Source: Myxococcota bacterium
Lineage (GTDB): Bacteria > Myxococcota_A > UBA9160 > UBA6930
Assembly: GCA_965223415.1 (NCBI GenBank)
Contig: OZ245002.1
Span: forward strand, 736,001 to 800,000
Direction of reading: 5' to 3'
Length of the DNA stretch: 64,000 nt
Shown: piece by piece, positions 18,221 through 28,730 of the stretch
Numbering within the stretch: the first letter of the stretch is position 1
Layout of the letters: every line of letters begins with the position of its first letter
Program-made: the position numbers and the translations under genes
The notes under the pieces: model-generated
The model's database searches: none
Seen by the model: the letters and a program-made list of their open reading frames with translations, nothing else
Told to the model about the DNA's origin: nothing

Positions 18221-19561
18221 CTACGAGCCGCCGATCATGCCCCGGACGAGAGCGAAGCTGTCCGCCGCGGAGTAGACCAGCACGACCAGCAGCAGCACCG
18301 GAACGACGAAGCGGAGCATGAAGAGCCAGAGCCGCAGGGCGGCGCGCTCCCCACCGCCGACGGACGCCTCTTCCACCGCCCGCTCGCCGAGCTGCCAGCC
18401 CGCGAAGAGGGAGAGCATCAGACCGCCGAGCACCAGCAGCAGGTTGCCGCCGACCTGGTCCATCAGGCCCAGGACGTCGAGGCTCAGGGCGGACGGGATC
18501 CCCAGCAGCGCGATGGCAGCGCCACACCCCCAGGCGGCGCGGCGCCGCGCCCAGCCGAGGCCGTCGATGGCCGAGGAGACGACCACCTCGAGGAGGGAAA
18601 TCGCAGAGGTGAGGCCACCGACCACGAGGGCCGCCATGAAGAGCGATCCGACCACCCGACCCGGGCCGCCCATCTCCGCGAAGGCCTTGGGCAGCGTCAC
18701 GAAGAGCGCTCCCAGGGTGCTCGCTCCTACCTCCTCCTGCACGCCGAAGGCGAAGACGAAAGGAAACACGACCATGCCCGCGACGAAGGCGACGCCGAAG
18801 TCGGAGACGGCCACGAGCAGCGCCTCGCGCGGCAGGTCGCGCTCGCGGGAGAGGTAGCTCGCGTAGGTGAGGATCGCGCCCATGCCGAGGCTCAGACTGA
18901 AGAAGGCCTGGCCTGCGGCGTCCTTCATCACGTCGAAGTTCAGGACCTCGCTGAAGTCGGTGGTGAAGTAGTAGCGGTAGCCCTCGCCCGCCCCGTCGAG
19001 GGTGGCGGCGTAGGCGGCCAATCCGAGGACGAGGACGCCGAGCAGCGGCATCAGTGCCAGGGACGCCCGCTCGATGCCCGAGGTGATCCCGCCGGAGACC
19101 ACCACGATCGTGAGCAGCATGAACGCCAGGTGCCAGGCGACGGCCGGCCCACCGGACGCGATCGCGCCGAAATGGGCGCCGGCGTCGTCGGGAAAGCCGC
19201 TCAGAACGGCTTCGGCCACGTAGCGGACGGTCCAGCCGGCGATCACGCTGTAGTAGGCGAGGATCACGAAGCCGGCGAGCACGAACAGCCCGCCCAGCCA
19301 CTTCCAGGCGTCGCCACCGTAGTGGACCAGGGCCTGGATCGGGCTCCTCTGCGCGCCGCGGCCCAGGGTGAGCTCGGCGAGCATGACCGGCAGGCCCACC
19401 AGGGCGGTGAGCGCGACGTAGAGGAACACGAAGGCGGCGCCGCCGTTCTCGGCGGCCATGTAGGAGAACCTCCACATGTTGCCGAGGCCGACGGCAGAGC
19501 CCACCGCGGCGAGGGTGAAGCCGAAGCCCGCGGACCAGTGCTCGCGCGTTCCGTTCGTCAT
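18221..19561 (-). CDS. Sodium-dependent transporter, NSS family
   Basis: GSAVGLGNMWRF, NGGAAF, QAFFSLSLG. Confidence 0.95.
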   Translation of the reverse strand: MTNGTREHWSAGFGFTLAAVGSAVGLGNMWRFSYMAAENGGAAFVFLYVALTALVGLPVMLAELTLGRGAQRSPIQALVHYGGDAWKWLGGLFVLAGFVILAYYSVIAGWTVRYVAEAVLSGFPDDAGAHFGAIASGGPAVAWHLAFMLLTIVVVSGGITSGIERASLALMPLLGVLVLGLAAYAATLDGAGEGYRYYFTTDFSEVLNFDVMKDAAGQAFFSLSLGMGAILTYASYLSRERDLPREALLVAVSDFGVAFVAGMVVFPFVFAFGVQEEVGASTLGALFVTLPKAFAEMGGPGRVVGSLFMAALVVGGLTSAISLLEVVVSSAIDGLGWARRRAAWGCGAAIALLGIPSALSLDVLGLMDQVGGNLLLVLGGLMLSLFAGWQLGERAVEEASVGGGERAALRLWLFMLRFVVPVLLLVVLVYSAADSFALVRGMIGGS

Positions 19562-19600
19562 GGCGATCGTTATACCCCTCGGCCGACCGCCGCCGCCAGT

Positions 19601-20377
19601 TCAGCGCTCCGCCTCCAGCAACACCGTCGTGAAGGCGAAGTCGTGGGGACCGGGGTCGCCGATGCGGAGGAAGGCCCTCGCCGCGTCCGGCGCCCCTTCC
19701 AGCAGCGAGCGCAGCACACAGGCCTCGCGCGCGGGCGTCTGCATGCGCCGGATCCACGCCTCGAAGTCGATGAAGCAAGGCCAGCGGCCGCGGGGGCGGG
19801 GCTGTAGGCCGGCGTCGGCCATCATCCCCATCCACTCCTCGGCGGTGTGGTCGCGCACGTGGGAGGGATCGCGCACCAGCTCGATGGCCTGGACGAAGGT
19901 ATCGACGGCCGGCTCGTCGCTGCTGACGATGTCGGCCAGGAGGATCGCGCCGCCGGGCCGACAGACCCGTGCCATCTCCGCGACGGCACGCGCCGGATGC
20001 GGGTAGTGATGGGCGCTGTAGCGGGAGGTGACGACGTCGAAGGCGGCGTCGGGGAAGGGCAGGGCCTCGACGTCGCCGCGCTGGAAACGCACGGACAGCG
20101 AGCGCTCCCGGGCGAGCGCGCGGCCCTGGACGAGCATCTCCTCGGTGAGATCGAGGGCGGTCACCTCGAGACCCCGGGCGGCCAGGGCTAGGGCCGTGTG
20201 GCCAGCGCCGCAGCCCACGTCGAGGGCCCGCACGGCGCCGCGGGCTGTGGCGCGCGCCACCAGGGCTTCGAGGTCCGGACCGGTCGCGTGAACGTGGCTG
20301 GCGGCGTAGTTCGACGCGACGGCCCCGAACTGGCGCTGCACGGCAGCTTTCTCGTCGGCGGGTCGGGTGGGCGCCAT
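19601..20377 (-). CDS. Class I SAM-dependent methyltransferase (YafE-like)
   Basis: LDVGCGAG, LPFPDAAFD, SAHH, RDPSHVR. Confidence 0.9.
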   Translation of the reverse strand: MAPTRPADEKAAVQRQFGAVASNYAASHVHATGPDLEALVARATARGAVRALDVGCGAGHTALALAARGLEVTALDLTEEMLVQGRALARERSLSVRFQRGDVEALPFPDAAFDVVTSRYSAHHYPHPARAVAEMARVCRPGGAILLADIVSSDEPAVDTFVQAIELVRDPSHVRDHTAEEWMGMMADAGLQPRPRGRWPCFIDFEAWIRRMQTPAREACVLRSLLEGAPDAARAFLRIGDPGPHDFAFTTVLLEAER

Positions 20378-20401
20378 GGCTTCCTCCAGTCGGTCGCGCG
20401 G

Positions 20402-20439
20402 GATCAATTGAGTTGATCTAACTATTAACTCAAGTTAAT
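20402..20439. promoter_or_regulatory. Tandem palindromic operators, probably for MarR, in a divergent promoter
   Basis: GATCAA-N5-TTGATC (20402-20418) and ATTAAC-N4-GTTAAT (20424-20439) in an AT-rich island. Confidence 0.6.
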
Positions 20440-20449
20440 TTTCTGAGCC

Positions 20450-20923
20450 ATGGCCACCTCCCGCGACCGGTTGATCCTGAGCCTGCAGGAGCTGGCGGAC
20501 CTGTTCGCCCGCCGGCGGGCCCAGCTGGCCGGCGGTGCCGGGCTGCGGGAGAGCGAGTGGCGCCTGCTCGAAGAGGTCGCCCAGGAGGACTTCCTGCCTT
20601 CGCTCTTCGCCCGCGAGCGGGCGTGCACCGCGGCGGCGGTCTCCAAGACCCTGCGTGCCCTTCAGGAGGCCGGGCTGGTGACGGCCCGCATCGACCCGGA
20701 GGACGGGCGCCAGCGCCGCTATGGGCTCACCGCCGCGGGCCGGAGGCGACTCGCCGCCCTGGCTCGCGCCCGCAGCGAGGCCCTGGCGACCGTCTGGGAC
20801 GACCTGCCGGAGCGCGAGCTCGCGCGCGTCGCGAGCTTCGCCGACGAGCTGGCACTGCGCCTGCGGCGCTACGCGGACGAGAGGGAGCCCCGAACGAAGA
20901 GAGCCCGGCCAGCAGCGCGCTGA
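20450..20923 (+). CDS. MarR family transcriptional regulator
   Basis: AVSKTLRALQEAGLV...DGRQRRYGLTAAG winged helix. Confidence 0.88.
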   Translation: MATSRDRLILSLQELADLFARRRAQLAGGAGLRESEWRLLEEVAQEDFLPSLFARERACTAAAVSKTLRALQEAGLVTARIDPEDGRQRRYGLTAAGRRRLAALARARSEALATVWDDLPERELARVASFADELALRLRRYADEREPRTKRARPAAR

Positions 20924-20951
20924 CCGGGCTCCCGGAGAGAAGGAAGGAGCT

Positions 20952-21560
20952 TCAGGCCTTCGGACGGCGCCTCAGGTAGGAGAGTCCGAGCAGTCCGGTC
21001 GCCATCATCAGGAGGGTGCCGGGCTCGGGAACGCCGTGGGGATCGGCGCCGAGAAGCGCGTCGGCGAAGTAATCGCCGGGATCGACGTCGCCCTGCGAGC
21101 CGAACACCTGCTGGAACACGTTGGCGGCCTGGGTGGTCCAGATCAGCTCGAAGGTTCCGTCGGGACGCTGGAAGAGGTCGAAGACGTCGATGTGTGCGCC
21201 GAACACCGGAGCGCCGTCCACCAGCGCACCGACGAAGCCGTGGGCCGTGTGGGTGTTCCAATCGAAGCTCAGGCCCTCGACCACGTAGCGCGTCGACCGC
21301 GGACCCGCGGTGAACTCGATGCGCGCCTTGTCGTGCATCACCACACCAGGGGCGATGCCGCTCACGCCGAGCAGCAGCTCACCGACGGGGCCGATACTGC
21401 CGTCGCCGGTGACGTCGATCATGATGCCGTCGGCAGCCAGGGTGTCCTGGACCACCGTGATCTCGCTGATCGGTGCAGCTGCTCCAGGCAGCGCCGCACC
21501 GAACAACAGCACCAGACTTGCGAAGATCACACCGACTCGTCCTAGATTTCGCACGCTCAA
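20952..21560 (-). CDS. PEP-CTERM sorting domain-containing exported protein
   Basis: Signal peptide; C-terminal VPEPGTLLMMATGLLGLSYLRRR; TTG start after GGAGGAG. Confidence 0.9.
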   Translation of the reverse strand: MSVRNLGRVGVIFASLVLLFGAALPGAAAPISEITVVQDTLAADGIMIDVTGDGSIGPVGELLLGVSGIAPGVVMHDKARIEFTAGPRSTRYVVEGLSFDWNTHTAHGFVGALVDGAPVFGAHIDVFDLFQRPDGTFELIWTTQAANVFQQVFGSQGDVDPGDYFADALLGADPHGVPEPGTLLMMATGLLGLSYLRRRPKA

Positions 21561-21784
21561 CTCCTCCAGGGACTCGGGCCCTCGGATGTACGTGGTCCGG
21601 CGGCGCAGCTTGTGTCATGGAAATCCCCTCATATCCGGCGGAATGCGAGCGATCCCTGCCGATCGGTCGGCTCCTGGGGCCTCGTGGGCACAACCCCGCA
21701 GAAACATTCGGGGTTTCCCACCGAACCCCCACGGGGACAGATCGGCGGAGCTATGCTCCGCGCCGATCTCGAGGGTGGGGAGCC

Positions 21785-24385
21785 ATGCCGGCCAGAAAGA
21801 GCGGGGGCAGGAGGAAGCGGGCGGTCCGGCTCTCGCCCCACGTGCGGCCGACCGAGGTCGATCTCCACGTCGAGGTGGATCCCTGCCAGGGGGACGCTTT
21901 CGAGGGCGAGGTCTGCCACCGGCTGCGCCTCGACCGGCGCACGCGGAGCATCGAGCTGCACGCCGACGACCTGCGGACGAGTCGCGTGCGGGTGGAGGCG
22001 AGCGGGCGTCGCGTCGCCGCCAGGCTCGAGCGACGACCGGAGCGCGAGACCGTGGTGGCCCAGCTCGCCGAGCCGCTGCCTCCCGGCGAAGCGACTCTCA
22101 CCCTCGGCTTCCGCGGCAAGCTGCGCAGCGATCTCCGCGGGCTCTACGGCGCCGGCTCCGACGAGCAGCGCTACGCCTTCACGCAGCTCGAAGCGGCGGA
22201 CGCGCGCCGCTTCTTCCCCTGCTTCGACGAGCCGTCCTTCAAGGCGCGCTTCCGGATCTCCGTCACCACCGGCAGCGGCAACACCGTGCTGTCGAACGGG
22301 CCGGCCGAGAAGACCGAGCCCCTCGGCGGCGGCCGCAAGACGGTGCACTTCGAGCGGACACCACCGCTCTCCACCTATCTGCTGGCACTAGCGGTGGGCG
22401 ATCTCGAGGTGTCACCACCGACGCGCTGCGGCGACACCGAGATCCGGGTGTGGCACGTGCCGGGCAAGGGCGGGCTCACCGACTTCGCCCTGGAGGCGGC
22501 CCGGGAGACCCTCTCGCGACTCGAGGCCTACTTCGACCTGCCCTACCCCTACGCCAAGCTCGACCTGGTCGCGGTTCCCGACTTCGAGGCCGGCGCCATG
22601 GAGAACGCGGGCGCGGTGTTCTTCCGGGAGACCCTGCTGCTCGTCGACCCGGCGACGGTGACGTTGCACGAGAAGAAGCGCGTCGCCGAGGTGATCTGTC
22701 ACGAGCTGGCGCACATGTGGTACGGCGACCTGGTCACGATGGCCTGGTGGGACGACCTCTGGCTGAACGAGGCCTTCGCCACCTGGATGGCCTTCCACGT
22801 CGTCGACTCCTGGAAGCCCGAGTGGAAGATGTGGAACGACTTCCAGCACTACCGCTCCGCGGCCCTCGGGATGGACGCGCTCGCCGAGACCCATCCCATC
22901 TACACGAAGGTGCGCACGCCGGAGGAAGCCACCGAGAACTTCGACCTCATCACCTACGAGAAGGGCGCGTCGGTGGTGCGCATGATCGAGCGTTACCTCG
23001 GAGCCGAGGCCTTCCGCGCCGGCGTACGCGGCTACATCCGCGAGCACGGCGAGGGCAACACCGTCGCCGCCGACCTGTGGAACGCGCTCTCGGAGGCGAG
23101 CGGCCAGGAAGTGGAGCCGATCGTGCGGGCCTGGATCGAGCAGGCGGGCTTCCCCCTGCTGCGTTTGAAGCGGGTGGAGGCGGGGCTACAGCTGCGCCAG
23201 CAGCGCTTCGAGCCGGCGCCCACCAGGGGGCGGCGGGACGTGTCGCGGGATCCGGCGAGCTGGCCGATTCCCTGGGTCGGCCGCGTCGGCACGGGCCGAG
23301 AGCGCAGCCGCACCGTCCGGCACCTCGTCACCGGGAAGCGCTGTGTCGTGCCGCTGCCGGTGGCCCAGCCGCGCTTCGTGTACGGGAACGCCGACGAGGG
23401 GGGCTTCTTCCGGCCGCTGCACGATCCGGACGAGCTCCGGGCGCTGGCCGGCTCGCGGGGGGCGCTCTCGGCCGTCGAGCGGATGGGGCTGCTCGGTCAC
23501 GCGGCGGCGGCGGTTCGGAACGGACACGCCGAGGTCGGACCGCTCCTCGACCTGCTCCTGGCCTTCCGCGACGAGGCGGACCCGGACGTGCTGCTCGCCG
23601 CAGCGGGCCCCCTGGACGACCTGATCGAGACGGCCCACCGCGGCGTCGGTGAGGCCGCCGAGCAGGCGCTCCAGGATGCCGTCGCGGAGGCCTTCGGGCC
23701 GGCCCTCGACGCCTGCGGCCTCGAAGATCGTCCCGGCGAGAGCGATGACGAGCGGCTGCGCCGGGCGGCCCTGCTCGGCCTGGTGGGACAGCTGGCGGAA
23801 CGCGAGGAGACGGTCCTGCAGGCGGGGCGACTCTGCGACGCCTACCTGGACGATCGGAGCGCCGTCGACCCGAACCTGGCGGATCGCATCGCCTCCCTCG
23901 GCGCGGCCCGCGGTGACGAGCGCCGCTACGCGCGCTTCCTCGCCGAGGCGGCGAGCTCCGCCACGCCCCAGGAGCGACGACGCTTCCTGATGGGGCTCGG
24001 CGGCTTCCGCGAGCCGGCCCTGGTGCAGCGCACCCTCGAGCTGTGCCTGACCGAGACGGTGAAGACCCAGGACGTCGCGATCCTGCTGACGCGGATGCTC
24101 GGCTCCCGACAGGCCCGGGAGGCCACCTGGGCCTTCATGAAGCGACGCTGGCGCCGACTCGCCCGGCGCATGCCGCCGATGATGGTGACCCGGCCGATCG
24201 AGGCGACGCCGGCCCTGGGCGGCCGTCGCTACCGGCGGGAGGTCGCCAGCTTCTTCCGCGAGCATCCCGTAGCGACGGGCCAACGGGCCGTGAAGCAGGC
24301 CCTGGAGCAGTTCGACCTCGACCTGGCGTTCGACGCGCGGGTGGCTGCCCCCCTCGAGCGCTGGCTCCGGGAGCGCGACGTCTAG
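21785..24385 (+). CDS. M1 family aminopeptidase with ERAP1-like C-terminal domain
   Basis: ARRFFPCFDEP, GAMEN, HELAH...WLNEAFA, YEKG. Confidence 0.95.
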   Translation: MPARKSGGRRKRAVRLSPHVRPTEVDLHVEVDPCQGDAFEGEVCHRLRLDRRTRSIELHADDLRTSRVRVEASGRRVAARLERRPERETVVAQLAEPLPPGEATLTLGFRGKLRSDLRGLYGAGSDEQRYAFTQLEAADARRFFPCFDEPSFKARFRISVTTGSGNTVLSNGPAEKTEPLGGGRKTVHFERTPPLSTYLLALAVGDLEVSPPTRCGDTEIRVWHVPGKGGLTDFALEAARETLSRLEAYFDLPYPYAKLDLVAVPDFEAGAMENAGAVFFRETLLLVDPATVTLHEKKRVAEVICHELAHMWYGDLVTMAWWDDLWLNEAFATWMAFHVVDSWKPEWKMWNDFQHYRSAALGMDALAETHPIYTKVRTPEEATENFDLITYEKGASVVRMIERYLGAEAFRAGVRGYIREHGEGNTVAADLWNALSEASGQEVEPIVRAWIEQAGFPLLRLKRVEAGLQLRQQRFEPAPTRGRRDVSRDPASWPIPWVGRVGTGRERSRTVRHLVTGKRCVVPLPVAQPRFVYGNADEGGFFRPLHDPDELRALAGSRGALSAVERMGLLGHAAAAVRNGHAEVGPLLDLLLAFRDEADPDVLLAAAGPLDDLIETAHRGVGEAAEQALQDAVAEAFGPALDACGLEDRPGESDDERLRRAALLGLVGQLAEREETVLQAGRLCDAYLDDRSAVDPNLADRIASLGAARGDERRYARFLAEAASSATPQERRRFLMGLGGFREPALVQRTLELCLTETVKTQDVAILLTRMLGSRQAREATWAFMKRRWRRLARRMPPMMVTRPIEATPALGGRRYRREVASFFREHPVATGQRAVKQALEQFDLDLAFDARVAAPLERWLRERDV

Positions 24386-24419
24386 CCGGCGAGCTCGATT
24401 TTCGCTTTACTTTTGCTCC

Positions 24420-25460
24420 ATGCGGGGCCGAGGCGCAGCGACGAATCCGCCGAACCGCTTCGAGCGGCTGCACTACGTGCCGGGCCCGGGCCGTGCCGAC
24501 GAGGAGATCGATCCGGGCACGGTGTTGATCCGCGATGCGACCCGCAACGTCCTCTCGACGAACACGAGCCCGGACGTCGGCTTCACCACCAGCGTGAACC
24601 CTTACCGGGGCTGCATACACGGGTGCGCCTATTGCTATGCGCGGCCGAACCACGAGTACCTCGGCTTCTCCGCGGGCCTCGACTTCGAGACCCGCATCCT
24701 GGTGAAGGAACGGGCGCCGGAGCTCCTGCGCAGCCGCCTCTCGTTGCCGAGCTGGAAGCCCCAGGTGATCGCCTTCTCGGGAGTCACCGACGCCTATCAA
24801 CCGGCGGAGCGGAGGCTCGAGATCACCCGACGCTGCCTCCGCGTGCTGGTCGATTTCCGCAACCCGGTGGGGATCGTCACGAAGAACTGGCTCGTCACCC
24901 GCGATGCCGACCTGCTGTCCGAGCTCGCGAAGCGGGGGGCAGCCTCCGTCGTGCTCTCGATCACCAGCCTCGACCCGCGGCTGCAGAGCAAGCTCGAGCC
25001 GAAGGCCTCACGGCCGAGCAAGCGCCTCGCCGCCATCAGGCGCCTGGCGGAGGCGGGCGTGCCGGTCGGCGTGAACGTGGCGCCGGTGATCCCCGGACTG
25101 ACGGACCACGAGATCCCCGCCATCGTCGGGGCCGCCGCCGACGCAGGCGCCAGCTTCGCGGGCACGATCCTGCTGCGCTTGCCCCACGGCGTGAAGGATC
25201 TGTTCGCCGAGTGGCTGGATCGGCACGCTCCCGACCGCAAGCAGAAGGTCCTGAACCGCCTGCGCGCGATGCGCGGCGGCAAGCTGTACGAGGCGAGCTT
25301 CGCCACGCGCGGCCGCGGCTCCGGCCTTTTTGCGGACCAGTACCGAGAGCTCTTCGAGCTCGCCTGCCGCCGCCACCACCTCGCCCGCCAAGGCCCCGAA
25401 CTCTCCACCGCCCACTTCCGCAAGAGTGGCGCCACCGAGCAGCTCGATCTCTTCAGCTAG
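24420..25460 (+). CDS. PA0069/Rv2578c-type radical SAM protein (spore photoproduct lyase-related)
   Basis: NPYRGCIHGCAYCYAR, GLDFET, TDAYQP, C-terminal QLDLF. Confidence 0.9.
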   Translation: MRGRGAATNPPNRFERLHYVPGPGRADEEIDPGTVLIRDATRNVLSTNTSPDVGFTTSVNPYRGCIHGCAYCYARPNHEYLGFSAGLDFETRILVKERAPELLRSRLSLPSWKPQVIAFSGVTDAYQPAERRLEITRRCLRVLVDFRNPVGIVTKNWLVTRDADLLSELAKRGAASVVLSITSLDPRLQSKLEPKASRPSKRLAAIRRLAEAGVPVGVNVAPVIPGLTDHEIPAIVGAAADAGASFAGTILLRLPHGVKDLFAEWLDRHAPDRKQKVLNRLRAMRGGKLYEASFATRGRGSGLFADQYRELFELACRRHHLARQGPELSTAHFRKSGATEQLDLFS

Positions 25461-25801
25461 GAAACGTGGTCGTGGCCGTGAGGGCGGGCGGTGAAGGCTT
25501 CGACGCGCTGGTCCAGCTCGGAGGGCGCGCAGAGGTGGCGCTCGGCGAGGAGGGACTCGAGGGCGGTCATCCAGCAGCGGTAGTAGGGGTAGGGCTCGCT
25601 GGTCTCGCGGCGCTCCCAGTCGGCGATCGCGGCGATCAGGCGCTGCTGGAACTCGGGCCAGGGGAAGACGCCCTGCTCGTGGAGCGCCATCGTCACGCCG
25701 AACAGGCGGCTCTCCCAGGGAGCCTCGAACACGAGCTCGCCGTTGGCGCGGGGCGGTGCACCCGGGCCGTCGACGGGAAGGAGCGAATCGGACCGGGTCA
25801 C
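25457..25801 (-). CDS. Nitrile hydratase accessory protein
   Basis: [30 protein letters not shown], His-rich end; GTG start overlaps the nthA stop. Confidence 0.88.
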   Translation of the reverse strand: MTRSDSLLPVDGPGAPPRANGELVFEAPWESRLFGVTMALHEQGVFPWPEFQQRLIAAIADWERRETSEPYPYYRCWMTALESLLAERHLCAPSELDQRVEAFTARPHGHDHVS

Positions 25802-26376
25802 GCCGGCGCCTCCGGCAGCGCGACGCCGATCATCGCGTCCCGGGTGACGAGGGCGGCGAGGGCCTCCTCGTCGAGCCCCTCGCTGCCGGCGGGCCGCTCG
25901 GGCAGCACCAGATAGCGGATCTCCGCGCTCGAGTCCCACACCCGGATCTCCACGTCCGCGGGCACCTCGAGGCCCATCTCCGCGAGCACCACCCGCGGCT
26001 CGCGCACCACCCGGGACCGGTACGCCGGCGCCTTGTACCAGGCCGGCGGCAGCCCGAGGACCGGCCACGGGTAGCAGGAGCACAGGGTGCACACGACGAC
26101 GTTGTGCACGCCCGGCTCGTTGGGCACGACCACGAGGTGCTCGCCCTGGGGTCCGCCCAGGCCCAGCTCGGCCACGGCGGCGGTGCCGTCCGCGAGCAGG
26201 CGCTCCCGGTAGGCGGGATCGCACCAGGCCCGCGCCACGACGCGCGCTCCGTTCATCGGGCCCACATCCTGCTCGTAGTAACGAATCAGCCCGTCCACGG
26301 CCTCGCTCGTCACGAGCCCGCGCTCGACGAGCAGGGATTCCAGGGCCTCGGTACGCAGGGCGGGATCGTCGCTCAT
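25798..26376 (-). CDS. nthA: Cobalt-type nitrile hydratase alpha subunit
   Basis: [10 protein letters not shown] metal-binding motif with the Thr/Tyr pair typical of Co-type; ATG overlaps the nthB stop. Confidence 0.95.
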   Translation of the reverse strand: MSDDPALRTEALESLLVERGLVTSEAVDGLIRYYEQDVGPMNGARVVARAWCDPAYRERLLADGTAAVAELGLGGPQGEHLVVVPNEPGVHNVVVCTLCSCYPWPVLGLPPAWYKAPAYRSRVVREPRVVLAEMGLEVPADVEIRVWDSSAEIRYLVLPERPAGSEGLDEEALAALVTRDAMIGVALPEAPA

Positions 26377-26960
26377 GCCGGCTCCAGGTAGTCCTCGAAG
26401 AGATCGACGTGCACCGCGACACCGGGCTCGGCGCCCTCTCCGTAGAGCTCCGCCGAGTCGAAGCGCACCGCATAGCAATGTTGGGGGCGCTCCCCTCCGC
26501 CGTGGGCGTGGCTGTCCGGGAACACCCAGGCGGGATGGACCCGCGCGACCGTGCCCCGATGCGCCCGCGCGTAGGAAGGCAGGCGCGTGTGCCCCGGCGG
26601 CTGATGGTTGCGCGTCCGCACCGCGTCCCCGGCAACGAAGCGCGGCGCGCGGCCGATCTCGCGCAGGGCGCGTGCGTTCTCATAGCGGCCCGGCTCGAGC
26701 CCCTGTTCGCGGACCAGGGACTCGACGGCCAGGAGCCAACGCCCGTAGTAGCCCGCCGTCAGGTAGCGGACCGGATCCAGTCGCTCGATCGCGTGGCGGA
26801 AGGCGTCCACGTTCCAACAGCCCGCGGCGAGCAGGAGGGACGCCAGGGCGTTGACCCGGCCCTCCCAGGCCTCGTGGAAGGGCGCGTAGCGCAGGTCCTC
26901 CGGGCCGCGGGCGACGGCCCCGAAGCCCTCCCGGCCGCCCAGGTCGTGGATGCCGTTCAC
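26373..26960 (-). CDS. nthB: Nitrile hydratase beta subunit
   Basis: [32 protein letters not shown]. Confidence 0.93.
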   Translation of the reverse strand: MNGIHDLGGREGFGAVARGPEDLRYAPFHEAWEGRVNALASLLLAAGCWNVDAFRHAIERLDPVRYLTAGYYGRWLLAVESLVREQGLEPGRYENARALREIGRAPRFVAGDAVRTRNHQPPGHTRLPSYARAHRGTVARVHPAWVFPDSHAHGGGERPQHCYAVRFDSAELYGEGAEPGVAVHVDLFEDYLEPA

Positions 26961-27001
26961 GAGTGAAGGCTACCACGGCCGGCGTCGCTACCCTGCGCGC
27001 G

Positions 27002-28729
27002 ATGCGCGGGGAAGAGGAGCTCGAGCGCCTGCTGCGCCGGATCGACGGCCGCGGCTACAAGGCCTACAAGGAGCTCCAGCGCGAGTGCTTCGCCCTCCAG
27101 GGCTTCGAGCTGTTCGTCGACCACGTGCAGGGCGACCCCTTCGCCGCGCCCTCCCGCATGCGCCTGCGCGTGCCGATGGAGACGGCCGGTGTTCCCGGCG
27201 ACCTCTTCGCTGATGCGGTGCGTCGCACGGCCTTCGAGGATTTCGTCGCCCGCGCGGTGGCCGGCGCCATCCGGCGCGAGACCCGCGGGCAGCGCGGCTC
27301 CGGCAAGAGCGGTCGCGTGCAGATCGACGCCGGGGGCCAGCAGATGCTGGAGCGCAGCGCCGTCTCGGTGACCGGGCGCTTCCTCGAGGCGCGCCTCGAG
27401 GTGGGGCTGCCCGCCGCCGGCCGGCGCGTCCTCGGCCGCGAGGCCGAGGCGCTGCTGCTGGACGAGCTGCCGGCCGTCGCCCTGGCGGCGCTGGTCATGC
27501 CGGCACTCTCGGAGGAGGCGGCACGCCGCCACGTCGAGTGCGCCGAGGACCATGCCTCCCTCCAGTCCCAGCTCGAGGGCCTGGGGCTCGTCGCCTTCGT
27601 CGCCGACGGTGCCGTCCTGCCCCGGGAGAGCGGCGCCAGCGACCGTCCACCTCGAACCGAAGCGGTGCCCTTCGCGGCGCCCGACGCCCTCGCCCGCGAG
27701 GTCGAGCTCCCCCACGCCGGGCGGATCCGTGGCCTCGGCGTTCCCGCCGGCGTCACGCTGATCGTCGGCGGCGGCTACCACGGCAAGTCGACCCTGCTTC
27801 GCGCCCTCGAGCGGGCCGTGCACCCCCACGTGCCGGGCGACGGACGCGAGCAGGTCGCGACCCGTCTCTCGGCGGTGAAGATCCGCGCCGAGGACGGCCG
27901 CCGGGTAACCGGCTGCGACATCCACGCCTTCATCGACGACCTGCCGAAAGGCCTCGGCCCCTCCCCCTCCACCCGCTGCTTCGAGAGCGACGACGCCAGC
28001 GGCAGCACCAGCCAGGCCGCCAACATCGTCGAGGCCCTCGAGGCCGGAAGCCGCCTCCTGCTCCTGGACGAGGACACCTCCGCCACCAACTTCATGGTGC
28101 GCGACGCGCGCATGCAGGCCCTCGTCCACCCGGAGCACGAGCCCATCACGCCCTTCGTCGACCGGGTGCGCGAGCTCCACGACCGCCTGGGCGTCTCGAG
28201 CGTCCTGGTGATGGGCGGCTCCGGCGACTACTTCGCCGCCGCCGACACCGTGATCGAGATGCGCGCCTACGTCCCTCGCGACGCCACGGCAGAGGCGAAG
28301 CGCATCGCGGCGGAGTCGCGGGGCGAGGCCCGCCGCAGCGAAGCGGAGAGCCCGCTCGAGGCGCCGCGCCCGCGCGTCCCCGATCGCGCCAGCCTCGACC
28401 CCTCCCGCGGACGCCGCGACGTGAAGATCGACGCCCGCGGCACCGATACCCTGGTGTTCGGGACCACCGAGATCGACCTGCGCGCGGTGGAGCAGCTCCT
28501 CGACCCGAGCCAGACCCGCGCGATCGGCCGGCTCCTGGTCCGGGCGAAGGAGGAGTGGATGGGCCCGCAGGTGACCCTGCCGGAGCTCCTCGATCGCATC
28601 GAGCGCGCCCTCGACGAAGAGGGCCTCGACGGCCTGGGCGACCGGCCCGCGAGCCTCGCCCGTCCCCGTCGCTTCGAGATCGCCGCCGCGCTGAACCGCC
28701 TGCGCACGCTCCGCGTCGATCCGGCCTGA
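27002..28729 (+). CDS. ABC-ATPase domain-containing protein (PF09818-type)
   Basis: IDGRGYKAYK, HVQGDPFA, Walker A GGGYHGKST, ASGSTSQA, Walker B LLLLDED. Alternative GTG start at 26963. Confidence 0.88.
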   Translation: MRGEEELERLLRRIDGRGYKAYKELQRECFALQGFELFVDHVQGDPFAAPSRMRLRVPMETAGVPGDLFADAVRRTAFEDFVARAVAGAIRRETRGQRGSGKSGRVQIDAGGQQMLERSAVSVTGRFLEARLEVGLPAAGRRVLGREAEALLLDELPAVALAALVMPALSEEAARRHVECAEDHASLQSQLEGLGLVAFVADGAVLPRESGASDRPPRTEAVPFAAPDALAREVELPHAGRIRGLGVPAGVTLIVGGGYHGKSTLLRALERAVHPHVPGDGREQVATRLSAVKIRAEDGRRVTGCDIHAFIDDLPKGLGPSPSTRCFESDDASGSTSQAANIVEALEAGSRLLLLDEDTSATNFMVRDARMQALVHPEHEPITPFVDRVRELHDRLGVSSVLVMGGSGDYFAAADTVIEMRAYVPRDATAEAKRIAAESRGEARRSEAESPLEAPRPRVPDRASLDPSRGRRDVKIDARGTDTLVFGTTEIDLRAVEQLLDPSQTRAIGRLLVRAKEEWMGPQVTLPELLDRIERALDEEGLDGLGDRPASLARPRRFEIAAALNRLRTLRVDPA

Positions 28730-28730
28730 G

